The notes: generated by a model not told the origin, from the letters alone. A DNA stretch of 64,000 nt from Candidatus Nanoarchaeia archaeon (GCA_035289605.1 DATDWR010000022.1:45295-109294), one strand, 5' to 3'; positions 27,265 to 37,680 are shown, numbered from the stretch's first letter. Numbers and translations: made by a program.

Positions 27265-27828
27265 ATGAATAAAAGAGATAGATATAGTAATTTTTCTAGA
27301 GATTTTGCTAGTTCTAAAAATACAGAAGCAATAAATTTGTTCTTAAAGTTTTTAGAGAAAGAAAAAGATTATGCAAAGAATAATATCGAAGAAGTAATAG
27401 AAATTGTAAAAAATCTTGAAGAAAAAAAATCTTTCAATGGCTCTTTGCCTTGCAATATTTTCAATGTGAAGGAACTAAGTTCTTTAGAAATAATAGCGAA
27501 ATATATCAGGGAGGAATTTAGTCTTTCTTATCATGAAATTGCAGTAATCCTTAACAGAGACGATAGGACTATTTGGTCAACTTACAATAATTCTCTTAAA
27601 AAATATAACAGAAAACTTGAGTGGCAGGGATCAAAATATTTTATTCCTGTTTCAATATTCAAAGATAGGGTATTCGGGGTTTTGGAATTAATTTGCGAAT
27701 ATCTGAAGGATAATTTTTCTCTTTCATACCATGATGTAGCTGTGATTGTAAACAGGAATGATAGGACTGTGTGGACTGCATATCAAAGGGCTAAGAAAAA
27801 GAGGTTAAATGAAAAACTACGACGCTAA
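27265..27828 (+). CDS. Small DNA-binding protein with tandem sigma-70-region-4-like HTH repeats (HTH2, paralogue of 6027..6548)
   Basis: 187 aa. Repeats …LEIIAKYIREEFSLSYHEIAVILNRDDRTIWSTYNNSLKKY… and …LELICEYLKDNFSLSYHDVAVIVNRNDRTVWTAYQRAKKKR…. The 3' end overlaps the SP2 start by 20 nt. Confidence 0.6.
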   Translation: MNKRDRYSNFSRDFASSKNTEAINLFLKFLEKEKDYAKNNIEEVIEIVKNLEEKKSFNGSLPCNIFNVKELSSLEIIAKYIREEFSLSYHEIAVILNRDDRTIWSTYNNSLKKYNRKLEWQGSKYFIPVSIFKDRVFGVLELICEYLKDNFSLSYHDVAVIVNRNDRTVWTAYQRAKKKRLNEKLRR

Positions 27829-30800
27829 AAGAGAAGCAGCTGGGCTGAGAAGGGAGATTCAGCTTATTGAGAACAGAAAGTTAGAGGTAGTTAATGCAGT
27901 TGAATCTCTAAGAAACCAGTATTATCAAGGATTGTTAGGATATGAAGATTACAAGGAAAGAATTAATAGGTCGCTGCAGGGACTTACTCCAAGGCAGACT
28001 CTTGACAAGTATAACGAGCAGATAAGGTCATGTAAAGAAAAGATTTCAAGACTTGAAAGCGTAAGAAGTGGTGTGCAGTTAAATGGTAACGTGCTTGTAG
28101 TTGTATTACTTCTTGTTGCTGCTCTGTCTTCAGTTCTTATATTGGCGAATGCAAAGTATGACTTGTTTGGTTTAGATAGTCCTGTAGGTTTCGTAGTTAA
28201 GGATGTTACAAATGATTCATTACTAAATATAACAGAAATAGTGCCAAAACCAGAAAATAATATTTCAATTAAGGATAGTGGGGAACCTGTAATAAATGAA
28301 ACCCTGAATAATATGACAGAGTCAGTGCTTGCGCAAGAGAAAAATATCTCTAAAGAAAGTGAAAATGTAACTGTAGAAGAAAATAAAACAAAATCAGAAG
28401 ATAAAAAGAAATACAGTATAGATAATGCAACAATACCTGAGGTTCCTGAGTTTGTAAAATCTAATAAATCTATAAAGGAAATTGTTGATGAAGTAGGAAT
28501 AAGTGTCCCTGTAGAAAAGATAGTGAGTATAGACAGGCTTAGTTTTGCAGCAGATGAGATAACAGTTAAAGGAAAAGATCTTAAAACATTGGTGATACAT
28601 AAGCCTATTATCTATGGAAAATCTTTCGGAGAAGCTATACCTTTAGTAGAAAAAGACGACTTTACATATGCGGCATCACTTGAGGACACTGCTGTAGAAC
28701 TTGAATTTGATTCTCCAGAAATAAAGAATGATAAGTTAGGAAGAAAATTCAGGCAGAGCAAAATATTAGGTGATCCTTCTTGGAAGATAGGATATAATTA
28801 CTTGCTTCCTGCAGGAGACTTTAATGCCACAGTAAGGTTCAGCTCAAGCACACCTATTAATGTTGAAGATAAATATTATGGAAGGTTTGTAACAGGTAAG
28901 TTTACTTTGGATTTTGGAGCTGAAAGAGAAAATGGATTTAATATAGAAATAGAGCAGGTGCACAGCAATATTGTTTACATTAGCCTTATTAAAAATTACA
29001 CAGATGCAGGACTCAAGCCTAATGACGAAGTATTCATTGATCCTACATTATCTATTAGTAGTCTTGTATATTTATGTGGAGAAGTCATTGACTATGATAA
29101 GATAGAAGTTATGAGTAATGGTATTCTTGGTATATGCAACAGAACAGCTACTAATCCTACAGGTTATGTTAATATTACTTTGGATAATGGAATCGAGGGT
29201 AATTTTACTGTTCATCCTTCTGGAAGGATAGGTGGTGGTGGTGCTGGAGGCAGAGCAGGTGCTGGAGAGGTAACTGCTGCAACATGTTCTACTCGAGGAG
29301 AGAATAATACAGGCCAGACAGGTGCTGCTGGTTGCGTAGCCAACTGGGGAGGAGGTTCTGGCACGCAGAGAGCATCTACAGGCGATAGTGCAGGTGGCGG
29401 AGGTGGAGGTTTTGGAGGTGCTGGAGGCAGGGGAGGTCGTAGTGCAGCTGATGAAGGTTATGTTCCTTCCAACGTTACAGGATCTGCTGATGATACATAT
29501 TTGTTTATGGGTGCTGGTGGTGGTGGAAGCAATGGTGATAATCCAGCAGCAGCAGGAGGTCCTGGAGGTGGGGGTATTAAGATAAGTGCAGGTGCTGGAT
29601 GGATCGGTATTAGAGGTATACTTAATGTTTCAGGACAGAATGGTAGTAATGGTGATGGTACTGATAATTCTGGAGGTGGAGGCGGCAGCGGAGGTCACGT
29701 TATATTAAGTGCAAAGACTATTCTTATGGATTCTAATACCAAGATTTTCGCTCATGGTTCTGGCGGTGGAATTGCTGGAGGAACTGGAGATGCCTGCGGT
29801 GGTGGAAGTGGTGGTGGCGGAAGAGTATTGTTTATTTATGAGTCTCTTTCAAACACTAGTTCGTTTGTATCAATTTATGGAGGTGTAGCTCAACTAGCTA
29901 ATTCAGATGCTGCATGCGATGCTGCTTCAGATCCTGGAGATCCAGAAGCAGGTGGAATTGGTAGCGTTTTGTATAATTCAACAACTACAACATTTGCAGA
30001 CTATCCTAGACCATTATTGAACAACCCCACAGATAATGAAGTAATTGTTGCAAAATCTAGTGTTAATATTAGTTTCAACTTTACTCCTATGATTGGGGAT
30101 AATAATTTTAAGAGTGCTACAATTTATGCAGATTGGAACAAGGGAGTGTTCGGAGCGAATAACACAAACAGAACTGCATTAACTAGCGGGTCAAATACAA
30201 TTATTAATGTTTCAGGTATAGCTAATGGTACTTGGACTTGGAATGTTTATATTTGTGATGAAGCAAATAACTGCAGGTTTAACAGTACTAATTATACTTT
30301 AGTGTTCAATAATGCTCCTAATATAACAAATGTATCTATACTGCCTGCTGATACAAATACTAGTGATACTTTGCTTGCAAATATAAGTGGTTTGTTTGAC
30401 TTTGATGGAGATAATATGGTGGAGGTTAATAATGTGAGTTATAACTGGTATGTTAACCAGACGCCTTTATTGCTGTTAAATATGCCTTTCACTAATCACA
30501 TTTATTCCAAGGATAATTTTACAACATTTGACTTTAGTGATAATGTGTTAGCAGGAACAGTGTATGCTGCTAAGCAGGGTACTTATGGTTCTGGACTGCC
30601 TAAATATACTACAGACAACTGTACTATTGGTGGCTGCTACAGGTTTAACGGCACTAATTATATTAACATTAGCGATCCTTTAAACAAAACTTTGGGAATG
30701 AGAGACTGGAGTATATTGTTCTGGTATGATGCAGAGCAGAGTAGAGTTATAGATGAGATAGCATTAGGCAGTTGGAATGTAGTTTACTCTAGAAGAGAGG

Positions 30801-33250
30801 GAATAAATGATGCAGCATTTATTGGTTTAGAAGTTCAAGTTGGAAGAGATTATCTTAGTGGAGGTAATGCAGCAAACTTTATTGTATTCGTTTATTACAG
30901 AAACAGGACATTGAGTGGGGATAACCTAAAATTCAGGGACACTTCTGCAGCAAACAAAACTAGGTTTATAGCTATACTGAGAGATGGAGATACAGGAAAT
31001 ACTAGTGTTTTATTCAATGGTACATCAATAGATAGCCAGAGTGGTATATTCGGCCCGCTTGTAAATAATATTACTACTTTATATTCAACTTTAGGTATTC
31101 CATCAATATCAGGTTCTGGAGGCAGAGGATTAAATGGTACAATTGACGAGTTCCAGATATATAATAGAACATTAAGTGTTGAAGAAGTTTACCAGATATA
31201 TAACAACGGTAAGGGCAATTACAGTTTAATGGTTCAGGAAGAAACAGCAGTGGATGAAGTCTGGAATGTTACAGCAGTTCCAGTTGATAAAACAGGTGCG
31301 AATGGATCAATGGTTAGGTCCACTAGTGTTACAATTATAAGTACAGACCCTCCGACAGTTAATTTAAATTACCCTATTTCAATAATACCCGGAACAAAAC
31401 CTACCATAATTGATCCTAGATTTAATATTAGCTTTAATTTCACGCCTACAGCAGGAGGTAACAGTTTAAAGAATGCAACTATTTGGGGTAACTGGAGTAA
31501 TGGCGTACAAAAACCGAATGCTACAAACATTTACTCATTGGAAAATAATGCTCCTTCATATATTAACGTCTCAGGCATTCCTAATGGTACTTGGTCATGG
31601 ACAGTTTACGTATGCGATACAGCACATCGTTGTGCATACAATACATCAAATGTAACATTTGTTGCAAATAATGCGCCTAATATTTCCATTGTTAAAATAC
31701 TTCCTTCAGATATATCTGTGGGAGATAATTTAACAGCAAACTTAACAAAACTTGTAGATGAAGATGGAAACTATCAGGTTAACCATAACAATATTAGTTA
31801 TAATTGGTACAACAATCAGACATCAATTACCTTGCTTAATGTACCATTTACTAATCCAATATATTCAAAGGATAATTTTTCAACATTTGATTTCAGCGGC
31901 TACAATCACAATTTATCCTCTTATGACCTGGCATGGGATGCTTCCACTGGTGCCCAATATACAAATGAGAACTGTACAATTGGAGGTTGTTATAGATTCA
32001 ACGGAAGTATAGATTCATTCTTGCAGATAAGGAATATTACAGGAGTAGGGGCTCCAAATGAATTGTTGGGAATGGTAAATTGGAGTATGATATTTTGGTA
32101 TGATCCTGAAGGAAAGGTAAGAGATAACGTTGATGGAAACGAGAGAATAATATATGATGCAAGCGGCGGCACACCTACAGGATATAGTCCTAGAGTGGCA
32201 ACTCTTCTAAACTCGCCTCAACTACAAATAAAAGTATACATAACAAACACAAGTCTTGACCAGTTTTCCGCAACATTTTCTTCAAATCCTCAGCTTGGCA
32301 ATCCTCAAAAGAAGTTTATTGCTGTAATAAGAAATGGAAATACTGGTAACGTTACTGTCATATTTAATGGGACACAATCAACAAGTTCATCTGCATCTTA
32401 TGGTCCTATGGTTAATGCTACATGGTTGGATGGTTCAGTGATTACTATAGGAGGAAAATCAGGAGGAACTAATGACGATATTAATGGCACTCTTGATGAG
32501 TTCATGATTTTTAACAGAACTTTGACTCCTGAGCAGGTCTATGAATTTTATAATAACCATATCGGTAATTACAGCAAGATAGTAAACCAAGAGTTGAAAG
32601 CAGGAGAAATTTGGAATGTTACAGCAGTTCCTATTGACAATGATGGACTGAATGGTTCAATGATCAGATCAGCAAATATAACTATACCTACTGCGGCACA
32701 GCCTACAGCAATATCTTGCATATGGAGTGATGCAGCATTAAACATTAGTTTCGGTGAAGGATTATCTCAGTCCTTATCCCAAGGAGTTATATATAATGCT
32801 TCTAAGAACTTCGAAGGTTATATTGGTGGAAGCAATCAAAATGTAGGTATTAACTGGACCCATTATAATGTGACAGCAGACTCTACAAATACAGCTCCAG
32901 TTAACATAACTATAAAGGGAGATCATTTATTGTCAGGATCAAATGTTTTGGGTATTACAAACATTACTTGGATGACTAATGAAACTAATGGTAATGCTAC
33001 AGATGTGTCTGGAGAGTTATGGAACTTCACATATTTGGGCAAGAACGTGAAAGATTCAAACTTTGAGGGATTCAACTTGACTTTAATAAAAGATGGTGAT
33101 CCTAAGTTGGCAGTAAGAAACAGGAACTTCTCAAACCAGTTGACAGCAGGAAGCAGTATGTGGTACAGGTTTTGGCTGCATGTTCCTACAGCTCAGATAC
33201 AGGGAAGTTATGTGGGTAATTACACAATGGAGTGCAGTGCAGCATCATAA
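27809..33250 (+). CDS. Giant cell-surface glycoprotein SP2: N-terminal coiled-coil + signal anchor, Gly-rich region, two tandem ~430-aa modules each ending in a LamG/ConA-like lectin domain
   Basis: 1813 aa. TM VLVVVLLLVAALSSVLILANA follows about 95 charged residues. Gly-rich tracts (GGGGAGGRAGAGE…, GGGGGGFGGAGGRGG…). Duplicated modules NNAPNI(T/S)…YNWY(V/N)NQT…CTIGGCYRFNG…W(S/M)I(L/F)FWYD…DEF(Q/M)I(Y/F)NRTL(S/T)(V/P)E(E/Q)VY(Q/E)(I/F)YNN… carry the LamG-type LDEV(R)IYNRALS-like motif. Confidence 0.7.
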   Translation: MKNYDAKREAAGLRREIQLIENRKLEVVNAVESLRNQYYQGLLGYEDYKERINRSLQGLTPRQTLDKYNEQIRSCKEKISRLESVRSGVQLNGNVLVVVLLLVAALSSVLILANAKYDLFGLDSPVGFVVKDVTNDSLLNITEIVPKPENNISIKDSGEPVINETLNNMTESVLAQEKNISKESENVTVEENKTKSEDKKKYSIDNATIPEVPEFVKSNKSIKEIVDEVGISVPVEKIVSIDRLSFAADEITVKGKDLKTLVIHKPIIYGKSFGEAIPLVEKDDFTYAASLEDTAVELEFDSPEIKNDKLGRKFRQSKILGDPSWKIGYNYLLPAGDFNATVRFSSSTPINVEDKYYGRFVTGKFTLDFGAERENGFNIEIEQVHSNIVYISLIKNYTDAGLKPNDEVFIDPTLSISSLVYLCGEVIDYDKIEVMSNGILGICNRTATNPTGYVNITLDNGIEGNFTVHPSGRIGGGGAGGRAGAGEVTAATCSTRGENNTGQTGAAGCVANWGGGSGTQRASTGDSAGGGGGGFGGAGGRGGRSAADEGYVPSNVTGSADDTYLFMGAGGGGSNGDNPAAAGGPGGGGIKISAGAGWIGIRGILNVSGQNGSNGDGTDNSGGGGGSGGHVILSAKTILMDSNTKIFAHGSGGGIAGGTGDACGGGSGGGGRVLFIYESLSNTSSFVSIYGGVAQLANSDAACDAASDPGDPEAGGIGSVLYNSTTTTFADYPRPLLNNPTDNEVIVAKSSVNISFNFTPMIGDNNFKSATIYADWNKGVFGANNTNRTALTSGSNTIINVSGIANGTWTWNVYICDEANNCRFNSTNYTLVFNNAPNITNVSILPADTNTSDTLLANISGLFDFDGDNMVEVNNVSYNWYVNQTPLLLLNMPFTNHIYSKDNFTTFDFSDNVLAGTVYAAKQGTYGSGLPKYTTDNCTIGGCYRFNGTNYINISDPLNKTLGMRDWSILFWYDAEQSRVIDEIALGSWNVVYSRREGINDAAFIGLEVQVGRDYLSGGNAANFIVFVYYRNRTLSGDNLKFRDTSAANKTRFIAILRDGDTGNTSVLFNGTSIDSQSGIFGPLVNNITTLYSTLGIPSISGSGGRGLNGTIDEFQIYNRTLSVEEVYQIYNNGKGNYSLMVQEETAVDEVWNVTAVPVDKTGANGSMVRSTSVTIISTDPPTVNLNYPISIIPGTKPTIIDPRFNISFNFTPTAGGNSLKNATIWGNWSNGVQKPNATNIYSLENNAPSYINVSGIPNGTWSWTVYVCDTAHRCAYNTSNVTFVANNAPNISIVKILPSDISVGDNLTANLTKLVDEDGNYQVNHNNISYNWYNNQTSITLLNVPFTNPIYSKDNFSTFDFSGYNHNLSSYDLAWDASTGAQYTNENCTIGGCYRFNGSIDSFLQIRNITGVGAPNELLGMVNWSMIFWYDPEGKVRDNVDGNERIIYDASGGTPTGYSPRVATLLNSPQLQIKVYITNTSLDQFSATFSSNPQLGNPQKKFIAVIRNGNTGNVTVIFNGTQSTSSSASYGPMVNATWLDGSVITIGGKSGGTNDDINGTLDEFMIFNRTLTPEQVYEFYNNHIGNYSKIVNQELKAGEIWNVTAVPIDNDGLNGSMIRSANITIPTAAQPTAISCIWSDAALNISFGEGLSQSLSQGVIYNASKNFEGYIGGSNQNVGINWTHYNVTADSTNTAPVNITIKGDHLLSGSNVLGITNITWMTNETNGNATDVSGELWNFTYLGKNVKDSNFEGFNLTLIKDGDPKLAVRNRNFSNQLTAGSSMWYRFWLHVPTAQIQGSYVGNYTMECSAAS

Positions 33251-33316
33251 TTACTTTGCCCTTACAATATGATAAAAAATAGAAAAGTTTAAATAAATGT
33301 AAGGGTAAAAATAATT

Positions 33317-34171
33317 ATGGAAATAGTGAATAAAAATGGATACTATTATTTGAAGCATTCTTATAGGAAAAATAATAAAATTGTAACAAAAGAGAAATAT
33401 CTTGGAAAAGTAATACCTGAAAATATTGAAAAACTAAAAAAAGAGTTACAAAGTGAAAGTAAAAAATTAGTATATGAGAAAATTAGAAGAATCAGGAATA
33501 ATTATAAAAAAGAATGGAATAAATATCCTCATTCTGTAAAAAGAGAGTTATTAATAAATCTCTCAGTAAATTTTACATACAATACTAATGCGATAGAAGG
33601 CTCACCGATAACAAAGGAAGAAACAGAAGATATAATAAAAAGAAAAATAGCCCCAAATAGGTCGCTGGACGATATTAAGGAAACTATAAATCATTCAAAA
33701 ATTTTTCTTGATATGTTGAATGAAAAGAAAGAATTAAGCCTGCAATTAATATTAAAATGGCATAAAGGAATATTCCTAGAATCTAAGCCTGATATTGCTG
33801 GCAAATTAAGGGATTATAATGTAAAAGTAGGGGAATATAGATGTCCTGATTGGCAGGACGTAAAGAACTTTACAGATAAATTTCTAAATTGGTATAATAA
33901 AAATAAATATAAAGAACATCCTGTAGAGCTAGCCGCACTTATGCATTACAAATTTGTCAAAATACATCCTTTTGGCGATGGCAATGGGAGAATTGCAAGA
34001 GTTATAACAAACTTTATTCTTCATAAATATAAATATCCATTAATTATTATAGATTATAAAAATAGGAGGTCTTATTATAAAGCACTTAAAAAAGCTGACT
34101 CTAAGGGGGAATATGAATTTATAAAATATTTTATTCGGAGATACTTATCTGATTATAAAAGATATTTATAA
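33317..34171 (+). CDS. Fic-domain protein (AMPylase family)
   Basis: 284 aa. Canonical Fic motif HPFGDGNGRIAR and upstream …TNAIEGS…. Confidence 0.8.
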   Translation: MEIVNKNGYYYLKHSYRKNNKIVTKEKYLGKVIPENIEKLKKELQSESKKLVYEKIRRIRNNYKKEWNKYPHSVKRELLINLSVNFTYNTNAIEGSPITKEETEDIIKRKIAPNRSLDDIKETINHSKIFLDMLNEKKELSLQLILKWHKGIFLESKPDIAGKLRDYNVKVGEYRCPDWQDVKNFTDKFLNWYNKNKYKEHPVELAALMHYKFVKIHPFGDGNGRIARVITNFILHKYKYPLIIIDYKNRRSYYKALKKADSKGEYEFIKYFIRRYLSDYKRYL

Positions 34172-34231
34172 TAAAAAATAGAAAAATTTAGTCAGATATA
34201 AGATTAATAATTATCCAAGCAATAGTAAAAC

Positions 34232-34486
34232 TTGAATACCAATATGACAACAAAGACAATTAAGAGTGTAGATGATGAGGTTTGGTATAAATTTAGGTTT
34301 CTTGCTGTTAAAAATAGGCTTGGAATGGGAAAATTATTGGGAGAGATGATAAATGAGTATGAATTTAAGTCAAAAGAATTTTGGAAAGAAATTCTAGAAG
34401 GTGAGAGATTATTAACAGACAAGGAAGCGTCTGAATTATTAAGCGAAATAAAAAAATCAAGAAAAGAGCATGGATTTAGAAAATGA
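34232..34486 (+). CDS. Putative antitoxin partner of downstream PIN toxin
   Basis: 84-aa small charged protein. Its stop overlaps the start of the PIN gene (ATGA). Fold not assignable from sequence. Confidence 0.4.
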   Translation: MNTNMTTKTIKSVDDEVWYKFRFLAVKNRLGMGKLLGEMINEYEFKSKEFWKEILEGERLLTDKEASELLSEIKKSRKEHGFRK

Positions 34487-34875
34487 GCCTAATTTTTGAT
34501 AATTCTGTATTAATAGAGCTAGAAAGAAGAAACACAATTATAATAGACAAAATAAAAACGTATGTAGAAATTTACCCATCGCCTGCAGGTATTACATTTA
34601 TTAATTATTTTGAATTTTATCACTGCCTGAAAAACAAAGAGATTAAAAATAAAGAAAAAGCAATGTCTTTTATTAATAAATTCAATGTGCTTAAAGTAAC
34701 AAAAAAAACTGCAGAAATATTAAGTGAATTGAAAAAGGAATGTAAAAATAAGGGAGAAATGCTGCCATTAGCAGATTTATTGATTGCAAGCCAGGTTATA
34801 GAGAATAATTGTGTTTTAGTGACTCTGGATAAGGATTTTAAGAGGATAGAAAAATTAAATAAACTAATTTTATAA
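34483..34875 (+). CDS. vapC: PIN-domain toxin (VapC-like)
   Basis: 130 aa. MSLIFDNSVLIEL… and …LADLLIASQVIENNCVLVTLDKDF… fit the PIN acidic-residue pattern. Confidence 0.65.
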   Translation: MSLIFDNSVLIELERRNTIIIDKIKTYVEIYPSPAGITFINYFEFYHCLKNKEIKNKEKAMSFINKFNVLKVTKKTAEILSELKKECKNKGEMLPLADLLIASQVIENNCVLVTLDKDFKRIEKLNKLIL

Positions 34876-34938
34876 TGTGAATAATATTTCTAAAACTTCA
34901 CAATAAGCTTTAAATATAGACTTATTTGTTGGATACTG

Positions 34939-35895
34939 ATGGATAAAAAGCTTGATTTGATTATTAGAAATATAGCTGAGATTCTTAATGAAAACAAATT
35001 AAGCTCCATATTAAAAAAGAAAAATCCTGTTGCTTATTGTGGCTATGAACCTTCAGGCCAAATACATCTCGGGCATTTAGTAACTATTACTAAGCTTTTG
35101 GATTTGCAGAACGCAGGTTTTCATGTTAAAGTATTGCTCGCAGACTGGCATGCATGGCTTAATAAGAAAGGTGGCTGGGATTTCATTAACGAGCAAGTAA
35201 AATTATGGAAGCAGGGGTTTAAGGCTGCCGGCTTAAAGAATGCTGAATTCGTAGTAGGTACAAGTTTCCAAAAAAAATCTGAATATCTTGATGATGTCAT
35301 GAAGATGGCTTTATCTGTTACGATGAATAGGGCTTTGAGAAGCATGCAACAAGTTGCTAGAGATGTAGAAAACGCCAAAGTCAGCCAAGTTATTTATCCT
35401 TTGATGCAGATAGCAGATATCAAGCACCTGAATATCGATCTAGTTCAGGCAGGTATAGAACAAAGAAAGATACATGCCTTGGGTATCGAGTTATTTAAGG
35501 AAATAAATTACGACACTCCTGTCTTTATTCACACTCCTTTGATATCTTCTCTTCAAGGTCCAGGATCTAAGATGAGCAGCTCTATTCCTGAGTCTATGAT
35601 AAGCATAAACGATAGTGAGAAAAACATAGAGGAAAAAATTAGAAAAAGTTATTGCCCTGAAGGAATAGCTGAAGGTAATTCTATTTTGGAAATATGTAGA
35701 TTAATAATATTTCCTAGAATAAAATCTTTTGATATAAAAAGGCCCGTGAAATTTGGAGGTAATATTTCCTTCGCAAGATATGAAGATCTTGAAAAGAGTT
35801 TTTTGGAGAAGAAGGTGCACCCTTTGGATTTGAAGAATTCTGTCAGTATTTATTTGGAAGAAATAATTTCTCCAATAAGAAAGAATTTTAAATAA
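34939..35895 (+). CDS. tyrS: Tyrosyl-tRNA synthetase (archaeal type)
   Basis: 318 aa. Class I HIGH motif (…GYEPSGQIHLGHLV…) and KMSKS-like …GSKMSSS…. Confidence 0.85.
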   Translation: MDKKLDLIIRNIAEILNENKLSSILKKKNPVAYCGYEPSGQIHLGHLVTITKLLDLQNAGFHVKVLLADWHAWLNKKGGWDFINEQVKLWKQGFKAAGLKNAEFVVGTSFQKKSEYLDDVMKMALSVTMNRALRSMQQVARDVENAKVSQVIYPLMQIADIKHLNIDLVQAGIEQRKIHALGIELFKEINYDTPVFIHTPLISSLQGPGSKMSSSIPESMISINDSEKNIEEKIRKSYCPEGIAEGNSILEICRLIIFPRIKSFDIKRPVKFGGNISFARYEDLEKSFLEKKVHPLDLKNSVSIYLEEIISPIRKNFK

Positions 35896-35944
35896 TTTAG
35901 GTGACTACATTTATAAGCTTTTCTACAATTAGGTGGACACATAA

Positions 35945-37636
35945 TTATTTGTGGCAGAACCAGAATTCATATTTTCCGTTTTTTATGTTGTCAAGTATTA
36001 AGAAGCCAAATCTTTCTGCTTGTATTCTCTCATCAACTTTAACATTCTTCACCGCGCTCTCCGCCAGTCCATCGACGATAGTAGCGTCTTCCATCATTAT
36101 GCTGCACTTAATCAAATTGTCTTGAACTGGTAAATAATGTATTATTTTTCCTTTGTTTTTTGCTTCTTTGTATTTCTCATATTCTGTGCTGTCAAATATG
36201 AATTTTCCTTTTTTATAAATAAAATTCATGCAGTCCATAAGCCTGTGCAGTTTTCCTTCTGTTTTAAGTTCGTCTAAATCTTGCTTTGTAACGTAAAAAT
36301 AGCCGTCTGTTTCCATTTTTCTCATTCCTCTTTTAGGGTCGTCAGGATGCAGCGCTATTTCAACTTTTATTGTTGGCGAGTTTTCTATTCTTATCTTTTC
36401 AGGATTTACTAAAACAAAATATCTGTTGCATTTCTTGTCAAGTGCTCTTCTGTTTATCGCTGCTAGAACGCTGAAATCTAGATTTGTTTCTGTAGGGCTT
36501 AGTCCTACTTCCTTTACAAGTTCGTAGTATGTTTCTCTTTCTATTCCTCTTCTCTTCAATGCTTTTAATGTCACAAGTCTTGGGTCATCCCATCCTATTA
36601 CTTTTTTCTGTTCTATTAGTTCTCTTATTTCTCTTCCTTGTGTTATTTTGTCATTTACATTGAATCTTCCGTACTGGATCTCTTTTGGGTTTTCCATTTT
36701 GAATAGCATTCTTATATAGTTTTGTAACTCTGTTCTCATTGTCCCGAACTCGCTGCTCCTTAGTATGTAATTTATTCCTAGTAGGTGTTCTTCTATTGCA
36801 TTGTAGAAATCATACATCGGCCACGCGCAGTATTTTTCTCCATGCCTGTAGTGTTTCGTGTAGCTTATTCTGAATACAACAGGATCTCTCATTGTCTGGT
36901 TTTTTGCTTTCATGTCTATTTTCAACCTTAGTGTGCATTCTCCTTCTCTGTATTTTCTCTCAAGCATCGCTTTCCATTCTTTTTTGTTTTCTTTTGCTTC
37001 TTTTCTTCTGCACTTGCATTCTTTTCCGTTGTGCCTTAGTTCCTGCATTAATTCTCTGTCGCAGAAGCACACATACGCAAGTCCCCTGTCGACTAATTGC
37101 TCTGCATAATCATATAATTTTTCAGCATCATCTGAAATATAGACAACCTTTGAAGGCTTTATTCCTAAATAGTTTTTCACATCATCCATTATGCTATCCG
37201 CATATTCTTGCTTTACTTTTTCAGGATTACAGTCCTCAAACCTTAGTATGCATTTTCCTTTGTATTTTTCTGCATACAGGTAATTTATCAAGAATGTCAG
37301 TGCATGTCCTAAATGTAGATGCTTGGATGGTTCTGGCGCTATTCTTGTTGCAAATTTTCCTTCTGCTGCTCCTGGAAGCTCTTTTAGTTCTTTTTTTTCT
37401 TCTTTTTTTTCTTCAAGAAGTTCTGGGGCTGTTTGTTTTAGTTTTCTTAGCTGCTCTTCCAGCTTCATTGAGTTTACTTCTTTTATTACAGAATTAATTA
37501 TTTTTTTTAGTTCTGCTATTCTTTCTTTTAGTTCTGGGTTTTCATTTAGAACTTTTCCCATTACTGCTCCAGCATTTGCTTTTCCATCGAATTTTACTGC
37601 ATTCTGGAGTGCGTACTTGTATGCTATATCTCTCAT
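35945..37636 (-). CDS. gltX: Glutamyl-tRNA synthetase (non-discriminating archaeal GluRS)
   Basis: 563 aa. …FATRIAPEPSKHLHLGHALTF… (HIGH) and …ILRFEDCNP… are Glx-RS catalytic-domain signatures. Confidence 0.8.
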   Translation of the reverse strand: MRDIAYKYALQNAVKFDGKANAGAVMGKVLNENPELKERIAELKKIINSVIKEVNSMKLEEQLRKLKQTAPELLEEKKEEKKELKELPGAAEGKFATRIAPEPSKHLHLGHALTFLINYLYAEKYKGKCILRFEDCNPEKVKQEYADSIMDDVKNYLGIKPSKVVYISDDAEKLYDYAEQLVDRGLAYVCFCDRELMQELRHNGKECKCRRKEAKENKKEWKAMLERKYREGECTLRLKIDMKAKNQTMRDPVVFRISYTKHYRHGEKYCAWPMYDFYNAIEEHLLGINYILRSSEFGTMRTELQNYIRMLFKMENPKEIQYGRFNVNDKITQGREIRELIEQKKVIGWDDPRLVTLKALKRRGIERETYYELVKEVGLSPTETNLDFSVLAAINRRALDKKCNRYFVLVNPEKIRIENSPTIKVEIALHPDDPKRGMRKMETDGYFYVTKQDLDELKTEGKLHRLMDCMNFIYKKGKFIFDSTEYEKYKEAKNKGKIIHYLPVQDNLIKCSIMMEDATIVDGLAESAVKNVKVDERIQAERFGFLILDNIKNGKYEFWFCHK

Positions 37637-37680
37637 GCTGTATAATAAGTTTTATATAGGATTTAAATAATTATTTAATT

